Source of the DNA: Bacillota bacterium
GTDB taxonomy: Bacteria > Bacillota_I > Bacilli_A > RF39 > UBA660
DNA length: 64,000 nucleotides
Direction: 5' to 3'
Assembly (NCBI GenBank): GCA_015059195.1
Contig: SVAW01000004.1
Location: 35,440-99,439 of the forward strand
Under the pieces are notes generated by a model that had not been told where the DNA came from, made no database searches, and saw nothing but the letters and a program-made list of their open reading frames with translations. The translations under genes and the position numbers were made by a program. Shown piece by piece: positions 1 through 9,210 of the stretch (the first letter of the stretch is position 1; each line of letters opens with the position of its first letter).

Positions 1-184
1 GAATTCCGCAAATCGATAAACTTAAAAATATAGAATATATGGAATACGCGTAGCTATAAAGAGCACCACCTTTTGTACCAATAATATTATAAAAAGGTAT
101 TACATATATTAAACCTAAAATTTTGCACAAAACAATTCCTATAGTAGCAATCATTGCTCCTTCAACAAAATTAGTTTTCTTCAA
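1..184 (-). CDS. N-terminal fragment of a MOP-superfamily flippase (MurJ/SpoVB/YtgP-like polysaccharide or lipid II flippase), truncated by the window edge
   Basis: My reverse-strand translation starts at TTG (182-184), preceded by GAGGTGA. It reads (M)KKTNFVEGAMIATIGIVLCKILGLIYVIPFYNIIGTKGGALYSYAYSIYSIFLSLSICGI, the typical N-terminus of this family. It is not in the ORF track because it is partial. Confidence 0.5.
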   Translation of the reverse strand, partial: MKKTNFVEGAMIATIGIVLCKILGLIYVIPFYNIIGTKGGALYSYAYSIYSIFLSLSICGI

Positions 185-240
185 TGTATCACCTCATTCA
201 ATTATATTATAACATAAACGAGTACTGTGTACTCGTTTTT

Positions 241-1473
241 TTAATATTTAGTAGTTCTATTATAGAAGTAATTTCCCCCACTTGGGAAATTTACAATATT
301 TCTAGGGTTCATTGTCTTAGAGACAAAGGTATTCCAACTATAATATTCATTCAAATACCAACCTGTTGCAACAATAAAGTGTAAGTGTGCACCAGTAGAA
401 CATCTATCCCAATACTCAACAGATGGATCTCCACCCATTATTCCTATTTGAGTATCTTTAGTTACTGTGTCCCCAACTGTAACCATAATTTTTCTTAAAT
501 GAACATATGCTGTTGTATATTTTTTTCCATTAATTGTGTGATTAATATATATCTTATTACCACCACAACTAGCCTTTTCAACAATACCTACAACTTTACC
601 TGCTGCTGCCGCATAAATTGCTACATTGTTTTTTGGTGAAGTAGATAGGTCTATCCCGGTATGGAAATCTGTTACAGTTTCACCATGAAGAGTGTACGTT
701 CTATAACCATATTCACTAGTTCTTCTTCCTTGTTGCATCGGCCTCCAGAAAGAAGTATCGGCAGGAAGTTTGTTAGCAGTACATACTGAAATTTCATCAG
801 AATCCTTACAATTATACTCTCTTTCGTATAATTGTATAGCTTCCCTTTGAATCTTTATTTCTTCCTCGATATCTACCGTCAAATCTACAATTTCAGATAA
901 TTTATTTCCTAAAGAATTAAGTTGCTTATTTAATTCATCTTGTTTTTTTAGCAGTTCTTCTTCCTTATCCACAAGTTCTTGCTGTTTTTTTTGATTATCT
1001 TCAATCATCTCATTTTGTTTTTTAACCAAATCTTGATTATATTTTGACAATTGCTCCGAAATGGCTAAACGATAAATAAAATCTGTGAAGTCGGCCGCCC
1101 CAAAAGCATATTCTAAATACATAGATTCACCTTGAGATAGCTGATAGTATCTCATAATTTCTTTTATTTCTTTTTCTCTTTCTGCAATATCTGCCTCTAA
1201 CTCTAATATCTGATTTTCAAGTTCAACTACTGTTTTTTGGTTTTTATCTATTTCTTGATGAATAGAGCTAACAATATTTTTAATGCTGTTTATCTGCCCT
1301 TCTGTTAAATCTTTTTCACTTTGACTAGCTTCATATTCTTCAATTTTTTTATTTAATTCCTTTTTTAAATCCCCCAAAGTCTTTGCTTCTGCGCGCTGTG
1401 TAGGCACAAATAAGCAACAAATTATTAGTATTAATGACAAAAATATATTACAAATCTTATTGATTACTTTCAT
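241..1473 (-). CDS. Secreted coiled-coil M23 (LytM/lysostaphin-type) peptidoglycan metalloendopeptidase, EnvC/PcsB-like architecture
   Basis: Signal peptide (MKVINKICNIFLSLILIICCLFVPTQRAEA). A ~200-aa heptad-rich E/K/Q region follows. The C-terminal M23 motifs are HTGIDL and GAHLHF. Confidence 0.85.
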   Translation of the reverse strand: MKVINKICNIFLSLILIICCLFVPTQRAEAKTLGDLKKELNKKIEEYEASQSEKDLTEGQINSIKNIVSSIHQEIDKNQKTVVELENQILELEADIAEREKEIKEIMRYYQLSQGESMYLEYAFGAADFTDFIYRLAISEQLSKYNQDLVKKQNEMIEDNQKKQQELVDKEEELLKKQDELNKQLNSLGNKLSEIVDLTVDIEEEIKIQREAIQLYEREYNCKDSDEISVCTANKLPADTSFWRPMQQGRRTSEYGYRTYTLHGETVTDFHTGIDLSTSPKNNVAIYAAAAGKVVGIVEKASCGGNKIYINHTINGKKYTTAYVHLRKIMVTVGDTVTKDTQIGIMGGDPSVEYWDRCSTGAHLHFIVATGWYLNEYYSWNTFVSKTMNPRNIVNFPSGGNYFYNRTTKY

Positions 1474-1513
1474 ACTTTCTCACCTCTACCATCTATAAAC
1501 ATTTTACCACAAT

Positions 1514-2746
1514 TTATTTGATTTTAGAAATTATTTTTTTGAGATAATATTTTGGTTTGTTAATAATTAAATCAAAATCTCCTAAATACTCTACTACTTT
1601 ACCATTAAAACTTTTCTTGAATGTATATAATCCAAATCGATCATCATCCTCTTTGAAATTACCATTAATCCCATAAAAATTATGTATTTTGTAGCCGTTA
1701 TCAATTCCATATTGAATTATCTCCCATTGCAACAAGTACTGTGACTTTAATGCCATAAAGTCACTTTCTGTTCCACTAAAAAGGTAAACTATTTCATCTC
1801 CATAAAGCATAAACATAGCCCCAGCCATTAATGGATTATCTCCATGCTTTTTCCTTAATTGTTCTGCTTCTTGAAGACGTTTTTCTAAAGTGTCAATTTG
1901 ACTCAAAAGTTCTTTTCTCTTTCCTTCACTAGCCTTAGCATCCATTAATTTTGCCACTTTGGTTTCTAATTCATCTTTTTCATCTCTTAAAATAGATACA
2001 TATTCATTCATATCAAGTTCCGAAACCAAAAATTTTACTTCTCCATTTTCATGAAATAAATTATACATATTTTCATAATATTCTGTAGTTCTGCTATGGA
2101 AATTCTTTCTACTGCCACTGCTTTCTACCAATTCAGTAAAACTACTTAGCTCGCCATATTCAAGCTCTCTAACTTTAACATTATACTTTTGATTTTTTCT
2201 AATAATATTTCTTGTGTTGGGTTTAAATCCGTTGAAAATTTCTTCTTTTGATTTGCCATCTAATTCCAATACAAAGGCCCATCTAACTTGTTTAGACAAG
2301 TCAAGATGTTCATAAAAACCTCCGTGGCAATATCCAAGTTCAATTAGATTATTGTATACTTCCGTATTATCAAAACCGTTTTCCACAACATTTCCATCAA
2401 TATCTCTTTCTTTATACAAAACTTTTGGTTCTATATTTAGTACATAGCCGCCCTTAGATTTAACAAATTTTTTTATTTCTTGTGTAAAAAACTTTAATAG
2501 CGTTTTATTTTTGAAGTCAATTAAATATCCTCGTGGCGCATTGAAATATTTACCAAACCTAGTATTTTTTGAGCACATCATAGTAGCGCATAATACTTTT
2601 TCATCTTCCTTAACGCCAACATAATACTCTTGCCAGCCGTTTTTTACCTTCAATGAAGCCATTTCGGGAGTTTGCAAAAAGGATTTAAGTTCATGTCCAT
2701 CTAAATATTCTTTAAATTCTTTTTTGGTTAACTCTGTAAAAGTCAT
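1514..2746 (-). CDS. FemAB/FemX/MurM-family aminoacyl-tRNA-dependent peptidoglycan interpeptide-bridge transferase
   Basis: 410 aa, typical family length. It has the central helical-arm insertion (DEKDELETKVAKLMDAKASEGKRKELLSQIDTLEKRLQEAEQLRKK) between two GNAT-like halves. C-terminal FKKSFNG-type motif. Confidence 0.8.
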   Translation of the reverse strand: MTFTELTKKEFKEYLDGHELKSFLQTPEMASLKVKNGWQEYYVGVKEDEKVLCATMMCSKNTRFGKYFNAPRGYLIDFKNKTLLKFFTQEIKKFVKSKGGYVLNIEPKVLYKERDIDGNVVENGFDNTEVYNNLIELGYCHGGFYEHLDLSKQVRWAFVLELDGKSKEEIFNGFKPNTRNIIRKNQKYNVKVRELEYGELSSFTELVESSGSRKNFHSRTTEYYENMYNLFHENGEVKFLVSELDMNEYVSILRDEKDELETKVAKLMDAKASEGKRKELLSQIDTLEKRLQEAEQLRKKHGDNPLMAGAMFMLYGDEIVYLFSGTESDFMALKSQYLLQWEIIQYGIDNGYKIHNFYGINGNFKEDDDRFGLYTFKKSFNGKVVEYLGDFDLIINKPKYYLKKIISKIK

Positions 2747-2797
2747 ATTATCACCTTATATAATCATACTACAATTAGCGTTTTTATTAAAGTACTT

Positions 2798-2826
2798 TTG
2801 GAAAATAATTAAAAAAGTGCTATAAT
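2798..2826 (+). promoter_or_regulatory. Sigma-A-type promoter for the alr / ATP-grasp operon
   Basis: TTGGAA (2798-2803), a 17-nt spacer, then TGcTATAAT (TATAAT 2821-2826). Confidence 0.4.
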
Positions 2827-2853
2827 GTATACATGGATAGAAAAGAGGAATTT

Positions 2854-4038
2854 ATGTATAGAAAAACATATGTTGAAGTTAATTTAGATAATATAGAATA
2901 TAATACGAAACAATTATTAAATACTTATAACAAATATGAGTATTATTTTGGAGTAGTAAAAGGTTTTGCATATGGTCATGGATTTAATATCATCAATACC
3001 TTAATTAATAATGGAATTAACTATCTGGCCGTTTCAAATTTACAAGAAGCTTTAGAAATCAGAAAAATAAATAAAGAAGTCCCAGTTTTATGTTTAGAAC
3101 CTATCGATTATGAACACTTAGAACTATGTTCTATTAACAACATCACTATAACAGTTTCCTCAACAAGATACGCCAAATTGCTTGAAACTTGGCCCTTAAA
3201 ATTAAAAATTCATATTAAAATTGATAGTGGAATGAACAGACTAGGATTTGACAATAGTAAGGATTTAGAAAGTGCTCTAAAGTTGCTTAAAACTAATAAT
3301 AATCTAACACTTGAAGGAATCTATACTCATATGGGAACTTTAGGTATTAGTGATCCATATTGGGATAGACAACTAGAAGAATTTAAAAGAATAACTCAGT
3401 CTACAGATTTAAATGAATTTAAAATTATCCACATAGATAGAAGCGCTACTATGATGTGTCATGAAAAAATTGATTTTTGCAATGGTGTTAGAATGGGTCT
3501 TGCTTTATATGGATATAATCAATTTAAAAAACAACCAAAAAGTTTAAAAAACAAGTTTAAACAAATTAGAAAATATTTCAAAATCAAGAAATATAATATC
3601 TCTAAAACTAATACGGAAATTAATTTAAAACTGAAGCCTGCCATGAGTTTAATTACAGAAGTTATAGAAATAAAAACCGTGAAAAAAGGCGAATTTATTG
3701 GATACTTTGGGCATGTAAATAATGAACCAGAAATTAAAGTTGCCACAGCAAGCATTGGTTATGCAGATGGGATTGATTTGAGAGCAACTGGAGCTCCCGT
3801 ATTTATAAATGGAAAACGTTTTAAAATTATTGGAACTATTAATATGGGAATGATTTCTATACAAGTTGATAATTCAATAAAGCCTGGAGATAAAGTAGAA
3901 ATTTTCGGTAATAACATCAAAATCAATGAAACTAGTTCACACGTGAATACAACAATATATGAGACTATGACAACAATTTCACCATTATTACCAAGAGTCT
4001 ACATAAACAATAATATAAGCGGAAACGAGGAGGAATAA
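2854..4038 (+). CDS. alr: Alanine racemase family (PLP fold type III) protein
   Basis: Motifs GVVKGFAYGHG (PLP lysine), ASIGYADG and the C-terminal beta domain. I chose ATG 2854 (RBS AGAGGAA) over the ORF-track ATG 2833, which lies only 7 nt after the predicted -10. Confidence 0.85.
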   Translation: MYRKTYVEVNLDNIEYNTKQLLNTYNKYEYYFGVVKGFAYGHGFNIINTLINNGINYLAVSNLQEALEIRKINKEVPVLCLEPIDYEHLELCSINNITITVSSTRYAKLLETWPLKLKIHIKIDSGMNRLGFDNSKDLESALKLLKTNNNLTLEGIYTHMGTLGISDPYWDRQLEEFKRITQSTDLNEFKIIHIDRSATMMCHEKIDFCNGVRMGLALYGYNQFKKQPKSLKNKFKQIRKYFKIKKYNISKTNTEINLKLKPAMSLITEVIEIKTVKKGEFIGYFGHVNNEPEIKVATASIGYADGIDLRATGAPVFINGKRFKIIGTINMGMISIQVDNSIKPGDKVEIFGNNIKINETSSHVNTTIYETMTTISPLLPRVYINNNISGNEEE

Positions 4039-4041
4039 AAA

Positions 4042-5265
4042 ATGAATTTTGAAGTAGTGATATTAGGTTCAGATATTAATGCATATTATATGGCCAGATG
4101 TTGCCATGAAGCTTATAACAAAAGAGCACATTTAATCGCTAAAGAGCCTATGAATTTTACTAGACTTAGTAATATCCTAACAATTGAATATCATCCTAAT
4201 CTATGGGATAAAGAGGAATTTGTCGCTGCTATAAATGCATATGCTAAAAAACATGAAGAAAAAACTTTATTATTAATTCCTAGTAACGATTTCTATGTTA
4301 GATTGTTGATAGAAAATAAGAAAAAATTAAATCAGAATTGTATCTTTCATGCAATTAGTGAGAAACTCCTAAATAATTTATTAGTAAAAGATAACTTTTA
4401 CAGTACTTTTGCAAATAGCGGACTGGATTTACCTAACACACTAATTTTTGATTGTGACTCTAACCAGAAATTAACGAAAAAAGATATTAAGCATTTTTTA
4501 TTTCCGATTATCGTAAAACCTGGAGACGGTGTTGCATATTACAAACATAAATTCCCGGGTCAAGCCAAAGTTTATAAATTGAATAGTTTCGAAGAAGTAG
4601 CAAACGTTATTAAAACTATTAAAAAATCAGGGTATACAGGAAAATTAATAATTCAAGAGTTTATCCCTGGAGGAGACGATCAACTATTCGACTCAATATT
4701 CTATTGTGATAAAAATCACAAGGTTAAACTTGTTTCATTTGCCCAAATAGGCCTTCAAGAACATACTCATACCGGAATAGGAAATTGTACTGTTCTTGTC
4801 AGTGGTTACAATGAACATGGCGACTGCACAGAGCAGATTGAAAAAATGAAAAAGTTTTTAGAAAAACAAAAATACTGCGGATTTGCTGAGTTTGATTTAA
4901 AATATGATATTAGAGATCATAAATACAAAGTATTTGAAATAAATCCAAGACAAGCTAGAAGTAGTTATTATTTATGTGCTTGTGGATTTAATCTAGTAAA
5001 ATATTTGGTTGATGATTTAATTTTAAATAAAAACTTAGATTTTAACGTTATAAACAAAAAAATGGTTCTAAGTTTTGTTCCTGTGTCAGTCATCAATAAA
5101 TATGTTTTAAATAATGATTTGAAAGCTGAGATAAAAAAATTAAAAAGACAAAAACAATTTGTAGATCCATTAGACTACAAAAAAGATAATAATTTTAAAA
5201 GAAAAATATGGTTATTAATAAGAAAGATAAACTATTTAAAAAAATATAAAAACAGTGAATGGTGA
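4042..5265 (+). CDS. ATP-grasp carboxylate-amine ligase, resembling the D-aspartate-ligase (Asl) branch
   Basis: ATP-grasp motifs IIVKPGDG, LIIQEFIPGGDD and FEINPRQARSS. The N-terminus VVILGSDINAYYMARCCHEAYNK matches what I recall of Asl-type ligases. Its start is 3 nt after the alr stop codon, which suggests translational coupling. Confidence 0.7.
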   Translation: MNFEVVILGSDINAYYMARCCHEAYNKRAHLIAKEPMNFTRLSNILTIEYHPNLWDKEEFVAAINAYAKKHEEKTLLLIPSNDFYVRLLIENKKKLNQNCIFHAISEKLLNNLLVKDNFYSTFANSGLDLPNTLIFDCDSNQKLTKKDIKHFLFPIIVKPGDGVAYYKHKFPGQAKVYKLNSFEEVANVIKTIKKSGYTGKLIIQEFIPGGDDQLFDSIFYCDKNHKVKLVSFAQIGLQEHTHTGIGNCTVLVSGYNEHGDCTEQIEKMKKFLEKQKYCGFAEFDLKYDIRDHKYKVFEINPRQARSSYYLCACGFNLVKYLVDDLILNKNLDFNVINKKMVLSFVPVSVINKYVLNNDLKAEIKKLKRQKQFVDPLDYKKDNNFKRKIWLLIRKINYLKKYKNSEW

Positions 5266-5296
5266 AAAGAAGGCTATATTATTTAGCCTTCTTTTC
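5265..5296 (+). terminator. Rho-independent terminator of the alr / ATP-grasp operon
   Basis: AAAAGAAGGCT ... AGCCTTCTTTT hairpin directly after the stop codon. Confidence 0.6.
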
Positions 5297-5300
5297 ATAC

Positions 5301-5333
5301 AAAAATAAGCAGAAATAATTTCTGCTTATTTTT
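5301..5333 (-). terminator. Rho-independent terminator of rpmE
   Basis: AAAAATAAGCAGAAA-TAA-TTTCTGCTTATTTTT perfect hairpin overlapping the rpmE stop codon. Confidence 0.6.
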
Positions 5334-5535
5334 CTTGGTTTAAACCATATTTACGATTAAATTTTTCAACTCTACCAGTTTTTGTAGCTTTTCCTTGAAC
5401 TCCTGTAAAAAATGGATGACATTTGTTACAAACTTCTAAATGTAATTGCTCTTTATTTGATTTTACTTTAAAAGTATTTCCGCAAGCACAAGTTACTTCT
5501 GTTTCCACATAATTTGGATGTATTCCTTTTTTCAT
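5326..5535 (-). CDS. rpmE: 50S ribosomal protein L31, zinc-ribbon (C+) form
   Basis: MKKGIHPNY start. Cys pairs CxC and CxxC (VTCACG ... CNKCHPFF). Confidence 0.95.
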   Translation of the reverse strand: MKKGIHPNYVETEVTCACGNTFKVKSNKEQLHLEVCNKCHPFFTGVQGKATKTGRVEKFNRKYGLNQEK

Positions 5536-5615
5536 AGTTTATCTCCTTCCGCCATGACACTTTTGTGCCATAGAAATTTAATGCTTCTATATTATAACAA
5601 GCTTTTATAATAAAA

Positions 5616-6344
5616 TCAACTATTTTTTAAAGATGCATTATTAATAGTTACAATTACTTGACTTCCTATTTCCTCTAACCCTTTTTCCGAAGGATAAATC
5701 GTTAAATCTGATCGATATACTTCATTCTCACTGAAAATATCATATATATCGATATAATGCACCTGATAAGCTGCAGCAACTTCTTTAAATCGTTTGTTTA
5801 AATAGCTAAATACATTATTTAAAGATTGGTTCTTTATTTGATACGGATAATATAGCCCAATCAAATATATGTCTTCTTTACACAAATTTTTAATTAGTAA
5901 CAATAGTTCTTCTAAATCCTTGGAAATCTCATCAGCGCTGTCATATAAATTTTGATAATTTGCTTTGTCAGTTAATGTTTGGCTGTTAATTTTTGATGTT
6001 AGGTCATTCATTCCCACAGATAGTGTTACCAAATCCGCTTTAATTAACGCGTTTTTAATGGTGTTTTCCCGGTTGGCTATAATCGTCTTTTTATTGTTAT
6101 TAATATCTGTAATTAGGTCAGTAATTCTATAACTTTCCTCAGCATACTCTTTTACAAATATCTCTGATTTATCATAGTATTCCAAGTATTTATTAACGTA
6201 GTTAGGAAACCCAGTTCCTTCTTTAATACCAAGTGTTGTGATATCATCGCCTAAAGCTAAATAATAAACTTTCTGATCTCGAGTAGTTATATATATTATA
6301 AAAATGGCTGTGGTTATTGTTAACAAAAGTAGTATTTTTTTCAT
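5616..6344 (-). CDS. Membrane-anchored SGNH/GDSL-family hydrolase
   Basis: N-terminal TM helix, then GDD (block I-like, LALGDDIT), GMNDL (block III) and a C-terminal block V region. Confidence 0.65.
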   Translation of the reverse strand: MKKILLLLTITTAIFIIYITTRDQKVYYLALGDDITTLGIKEGTGFPNYVNKYLEYYDKSEIFVKEYAEESYRITDLITDINNNKKTIIANRENTIKNALIKADLVTLSVGMNDLTSKINSQTLTDKANYQNLYDSADEISKDLEELLLLIKNLCKEDIYLIGLYYPYQIKNQSLNNVFSYLNKRFKEVAAAYQVHYIDIYDIFSENEVYRSDLTIYPSEKGLEEIGSQVIVTINNASLKNS

Positions 6345-6403
6345 AAAACCTCCTAAAAAAAGTAGGAAATATCCTACTTAATTATATTTTAATATTTATG
6401 GTT

Positions 6404-7657
6404 TTATACATCTTTTAATGTTATTTTAGCACCCACAGAAGTTAACTTATCCACAATATTTTCATATCCACGTAGTACATGTTCTACTTCGTTTATTGTT
6501 GTTTTACCATCAGCTAAAAGCCCTGCTAGCACAAGGCATGCTCCTGCTCTTAAATCAGTCGCTATTACTTCTGTCCCAACTAACTTTGTAGGTCCTTCTA
6601 TATATATCTTTCTATCGCTTATTTCTATATTGGCACCTAAATCATTCAAAAATTTAACATTTTGGAATCTATTTTCATAGATAGTTTCTTCTAACACAGA
6701 TTTCCCTGTACACTGTGTTAGTAAAGTAGTAAGGGGTTGTTGTAAGTCGGTTGGGAACCCTGGATACCCTAACGTTTTAACATTTACTTTCTTAAGATTA
6801 TCTTTTTTGCTAATTACTATATAATCGCTACCAATTTCCATTGGTATACCCATTTCTTTTAACTTGAGACTTAGTGCTTCTACATGTTCAGGTATAACAT
6901 TATCAATTTTCAATTTATTTCCCAATAAAGCTCCCGCAATCATATATGTTCCAGCTTCGATTCTATCCGGAATAACCTCGGTAAAACATCCTTTCAAATA
7001 GTCTACACCAGTAATTCTAATTTCACTAGTCCCTGCTCCCGTTACTTTTGCACCCATATTATTTAAGAAAGTAGCTACATTCACAACTTCTGGTTCCTTA
7101 GCTGCATTTTCTATTATAGTTTTCCCCCTAGCTCTAACCGCCACTAGCATGGTATTGATTGTAGCTCCAACACTAGGCATATCTAAATATACATGTCCAC
7201 CACGTAACTCCTCTGCTGTTATAGTATACTTATTACCTTCCTCTACAACAACAGCACCTAATTCTTTAAATCCTTTTAGAGTTTGATCTATTGGCCTTGC
7301 ACCTATTGAACAGCCCCCCGGAAAATACATTTCTACCTTCTTATATTTTCCTAACAAAGCGGACATAAAATAATATGATGCTCTTAATTTTCTAGATATT
7401 GTTTCAGGTATTTCCTTATTTACAATATTTGTTGAGTCTATTTCAATTGTTCCGTCTGTTCTTCTAACAGTTGCGCCCAAATACTCTAATATTTCATTTA
7501 ATGCATCTATATCAGATATGTTAGGAATATTATCAATTCTCACCTTTTCATCACAAAGTAATGAGGCCGGAATTAGTGCTACAGCACTATTTTTGGCACC
7601 ACTTATTTTTATTGTTCCTGAAAGAGGGGCCCCACCTTCTATTATTATTTGTTTCAT
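6404..7657 (-). CDS. murA: UDP-N-acetylglucosamine 1-carboxyvinyltransferase
   Basis: Full-length 417 aa. The IEGG..L.G...ISGAKNSA N-terminus and an active-site-loop cysteine (FPGGCSIGARPID) are present. Confidence 0.93.
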   Translation of the reverse strand: MKQIIIEGGAPLSGTIKISGAKNSAVALIPASLLCDEKVRIDNIPNISDIDALNEILEYLGATVRRTDGTIEIDSTNIVNKEIPETISRKLRASYYFMSALLGKYKKVEMYFPGGCSIGARPIDQTLKGFKELGAVVVEEGNKYTITAEELRGGHVYLDMPSVGATINTMLVAVRARGKTIIENAAKEPEVVNVATFLNNMGAKVTGAGTSEIRITGVDYLKGCFTEVIPDRIEAGTYMIAGALLGNKLKIDNVIPEHVEALSLKLKEMGIPMEIGSDYIVISKKDNLKKVNVKTLGYPGFPTDLQQPLTTLLTQCTGKSVLEETIYENRFQNVKFLNDLGANIEISDRKIYIEGPTKLVGTEVIATDLRAGACLVLAGLLADGKTTINEVEHVLRGYENIVDKLTSVGAKITLKDV

Positions 7658-7711
7658 ACAAAACCTCCACTACTATCACTATATTTATATGTGTTTTTAT
7701 TATTTTTGTGT

Positions 7712-8563
7712 TTATGCTTTATTAGCGCTTCCTAATAAATTAATCTTTGTCACTATGGCATCTTTCATTCTATCTTCTCCACCAGAAATAATTTTGCGTG
7801 GATCGTACACGTTTTGATCGTCTGCTACTTTTTTTCTCACACCTGCCGCCCATTCTATTTGTAACTCTGTGTTAATATTAATTTTACATATCCCACATTC
7901 AATTGATTTTTTTATAATTTCATCTGGAAGACCTGTTCCACCATGCAATACTAAAGGAATATTTAGTTCATCCTTAATTTGTTTCATTCTTTCAAAATCA
8001 ATTTTTGGTTCTCCCTTATATAATCCATGCACGCTTCCTAATGCAGGAGCTAAAAAATCAATTTTAGCATTCTTTACAAGTGCAATACAATCTTCCAATT
8101 TAGCATATCCGATATCAGCAGATATCTCATCTTCTGTTCCACCTATATGTCCAATTTCAGCCTCGACGCTCACTCTTTTCTTTTTAGCATATTTTACAAC
8201 TTTTTTTGTAATTTCTATATTTTCTTCTAAACTAAATCTAGACGCATCTATCATCACTGAAGTAAATCCTGCATCTATTGCCTTTCTGCATGCTTCAAAG
8301 GTAGATCCATGATCCAAATGCAAAGCTACTGGTATATTGATACTTAAGTCTTTTATAAGACCTTTTACCATCATCGCAACAGTATTATATCCTCCCATGT
8401 ACTTAGCTGCCCCTTCACTAACTCCAAGAATAATTGGACTGTGCTGTTGTTCGCATACCTCTAAGATATATTTTGCCCACTCTAAATTGTTAATATTAAG
8501 ATGTGGTACTGCATAGCCTTCTTTCTTTGCTTTATCCAACATTTTGCACATGTTTTCTAACAT
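7712..8563 (-). CDS. fba: Class II fructose-1,6-bisphosphate aldolase
   Basis: Motifs LHLDHG, EAEIGHIGG and VLHGGTG. The start was moved to the internal ATG at 8563 (MLENMCKML...). The 33-codon ORF-track extension is hydrophobic junk and overlaps mntP. Confidence 0.9.
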   Translation of the reverse strand: MLENMCKMLDKAKKEGYAVPHLNINNLEWAKYILEVCEQQHSPIILGVSEGAAKYMGGYNTVAMMVKGLIKDLSINIPVALHLDHGSTFEACRKAIDAGFTSVMIDASRFSLEENIEITKKVVKYAKKKRVSVEAEIGHIGGTEDEISADIGYAKLEDCIALVKNAKIDFLAPALGSVHGLYKGEPKIDFERMKQIKDELNIPLVLHGGTGLPDEIIKKSIECGICKININTELQIEWAAGVRKKVADDQNVYDPRKIISGGEDRMKDAIVTKINLLGSANKA

Positions 8564-8639
8564 ACTATCACCTATATCAATTATATTATTTTTTAAAACT
8601 AAAGGCAATAAAAATAATATATTAAATATGTTCTTTACA

Positions 8640-9170
8640 CTAAAACAAATAAAAAAATCCAATTAAAATTAAAACTATCCCACCCACTATTGTCGATACT
8701 TTACCAATTAATAAATTGATATGTTTTCCTAATACTAATCCTAAATAAGTAAACATAAAACTAGAAAATGAAAACATTAGTGCACAAGGTATATATTGTT
8801 TAGATATACTACTTAGTCCAATTCCAACAGAAAAACTATCTATACTAACAGCTAACCCAAACAACAATAACTGAAAAAATGTTGTTTTTTTATCTATTTC
8901 TTCCTTTTTTAACGATTCAAGAATCATTTGTACTCCAATAAATGATAGAACAATAAAAACAATTATATCTGGGTTAAGCGGGAAAATACTGAGAAACAAT
9001 TTTCCTACTAGCAGTCCTAAAAGAGGCATCAAAAAATGATAAACAGCTACTATTGAAGATAATTTTAGCATGTCCTTAGCTTTTAGCCCCAAGGTTCCAT
9101 ATGCTAAAGAAAGCGAAAAAGCATCCATACTAAGACTTACGGCAATTGTTAAAATAATAAAAAATCGCAT
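8640..9170 (-). CDS. mntP: Manganese efflux pump MntP (UPF0059/YwlD family)
   Basis: 176 aa with six TM segments. The family's duplicated motif is present (SMDAFSLSLAYG and SIDSFSVGIG). Confidence 0.8.
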   Translation of the reverse strand: MRFFIILTIAVSLSMDAFSLSLAYGTLGLKAKDMLKLSSIVAVYHFLMPLLGLLVGKLFLSIFPLNPDIIVFIVLSFIGVQMILESLKKEEIDKKTTFFQLLLFGLAVSIDSFSVGIGLSSISKQYIPCALMFSFSSFMFTYLGLVLGKHINLLIGKVSTIVGGIVLILIGFFYLF

Positions 9171-9210
9171 AAAAAAACCTCCTATAAAATTTTATTGTAG
9201 GAGTGGTTTT

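Noticed and set aside
2379-2387. Isolated perfect DnaA-box 9-mers in coding regions: TTTTCCACA at 2379-2387 (fem gene) and 28199-28207 (dnaA), and canonical TTATCCACA at 3425-3433 (alr).
   Set aside because: Single AT-rich 9-mers are expected by chance in this composition. Only the clustered boxes at 27034-27234, 28656-28756 and the inverted repeat at 30011-30032 are reported.
3519-3864. Antisense ORFs inside alr, and the many similar 60-150-aa opposite-strand ORFs in the track. Examples: 7869-8312, 11968-12225, 14100-14342, 16042-16464, 16537-16878, 19702-20113, 20817-21191, 23791-24225, 28850-29203, 43903-45690, 47121-47489, 55108-55410, 62185-63030.
   Set aside because: All lie fully inside well-supported genes on the other strand. 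Their composition is low-complexity and hydrophobic, as expected for shadow frames in AT-rich DNA. None has a recognisable motif or RBS.
4551-4566. Third CCCGGG-containing sequence (AAATTCCCGGGTCAA) in the ATP-grasp gene, as a possible NBS.
   Set aside because: It has four mismatches in the flanks relative to ATTTCCCGGGAAAT, so it is not counted as an NBS.
5536-5615. 7-bp hairpin (AUGGCAC-AAAA-GUGUCAU) in the rpmE 5' UTR, as a possible L31 autoregulatory element.
   Set aside because: It is short and includes a G-U pair. I cannot assess conservation, so it is too weak to report as a finding.
7712-8662. Long N-terminal extensions given by the ORF track for fba, rplI, rpmH, uvrB, spoIIR, recF, dnaX, ricT, rsmI, tatD, tilS, spo0J, ychF and the comK-like gene.
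   Set aside because: In each case an internal ATG preceded by a GGAGG-type RBS reproduces the canonical family N-terminus. The extensions overlap neighbouring genes or promoters.
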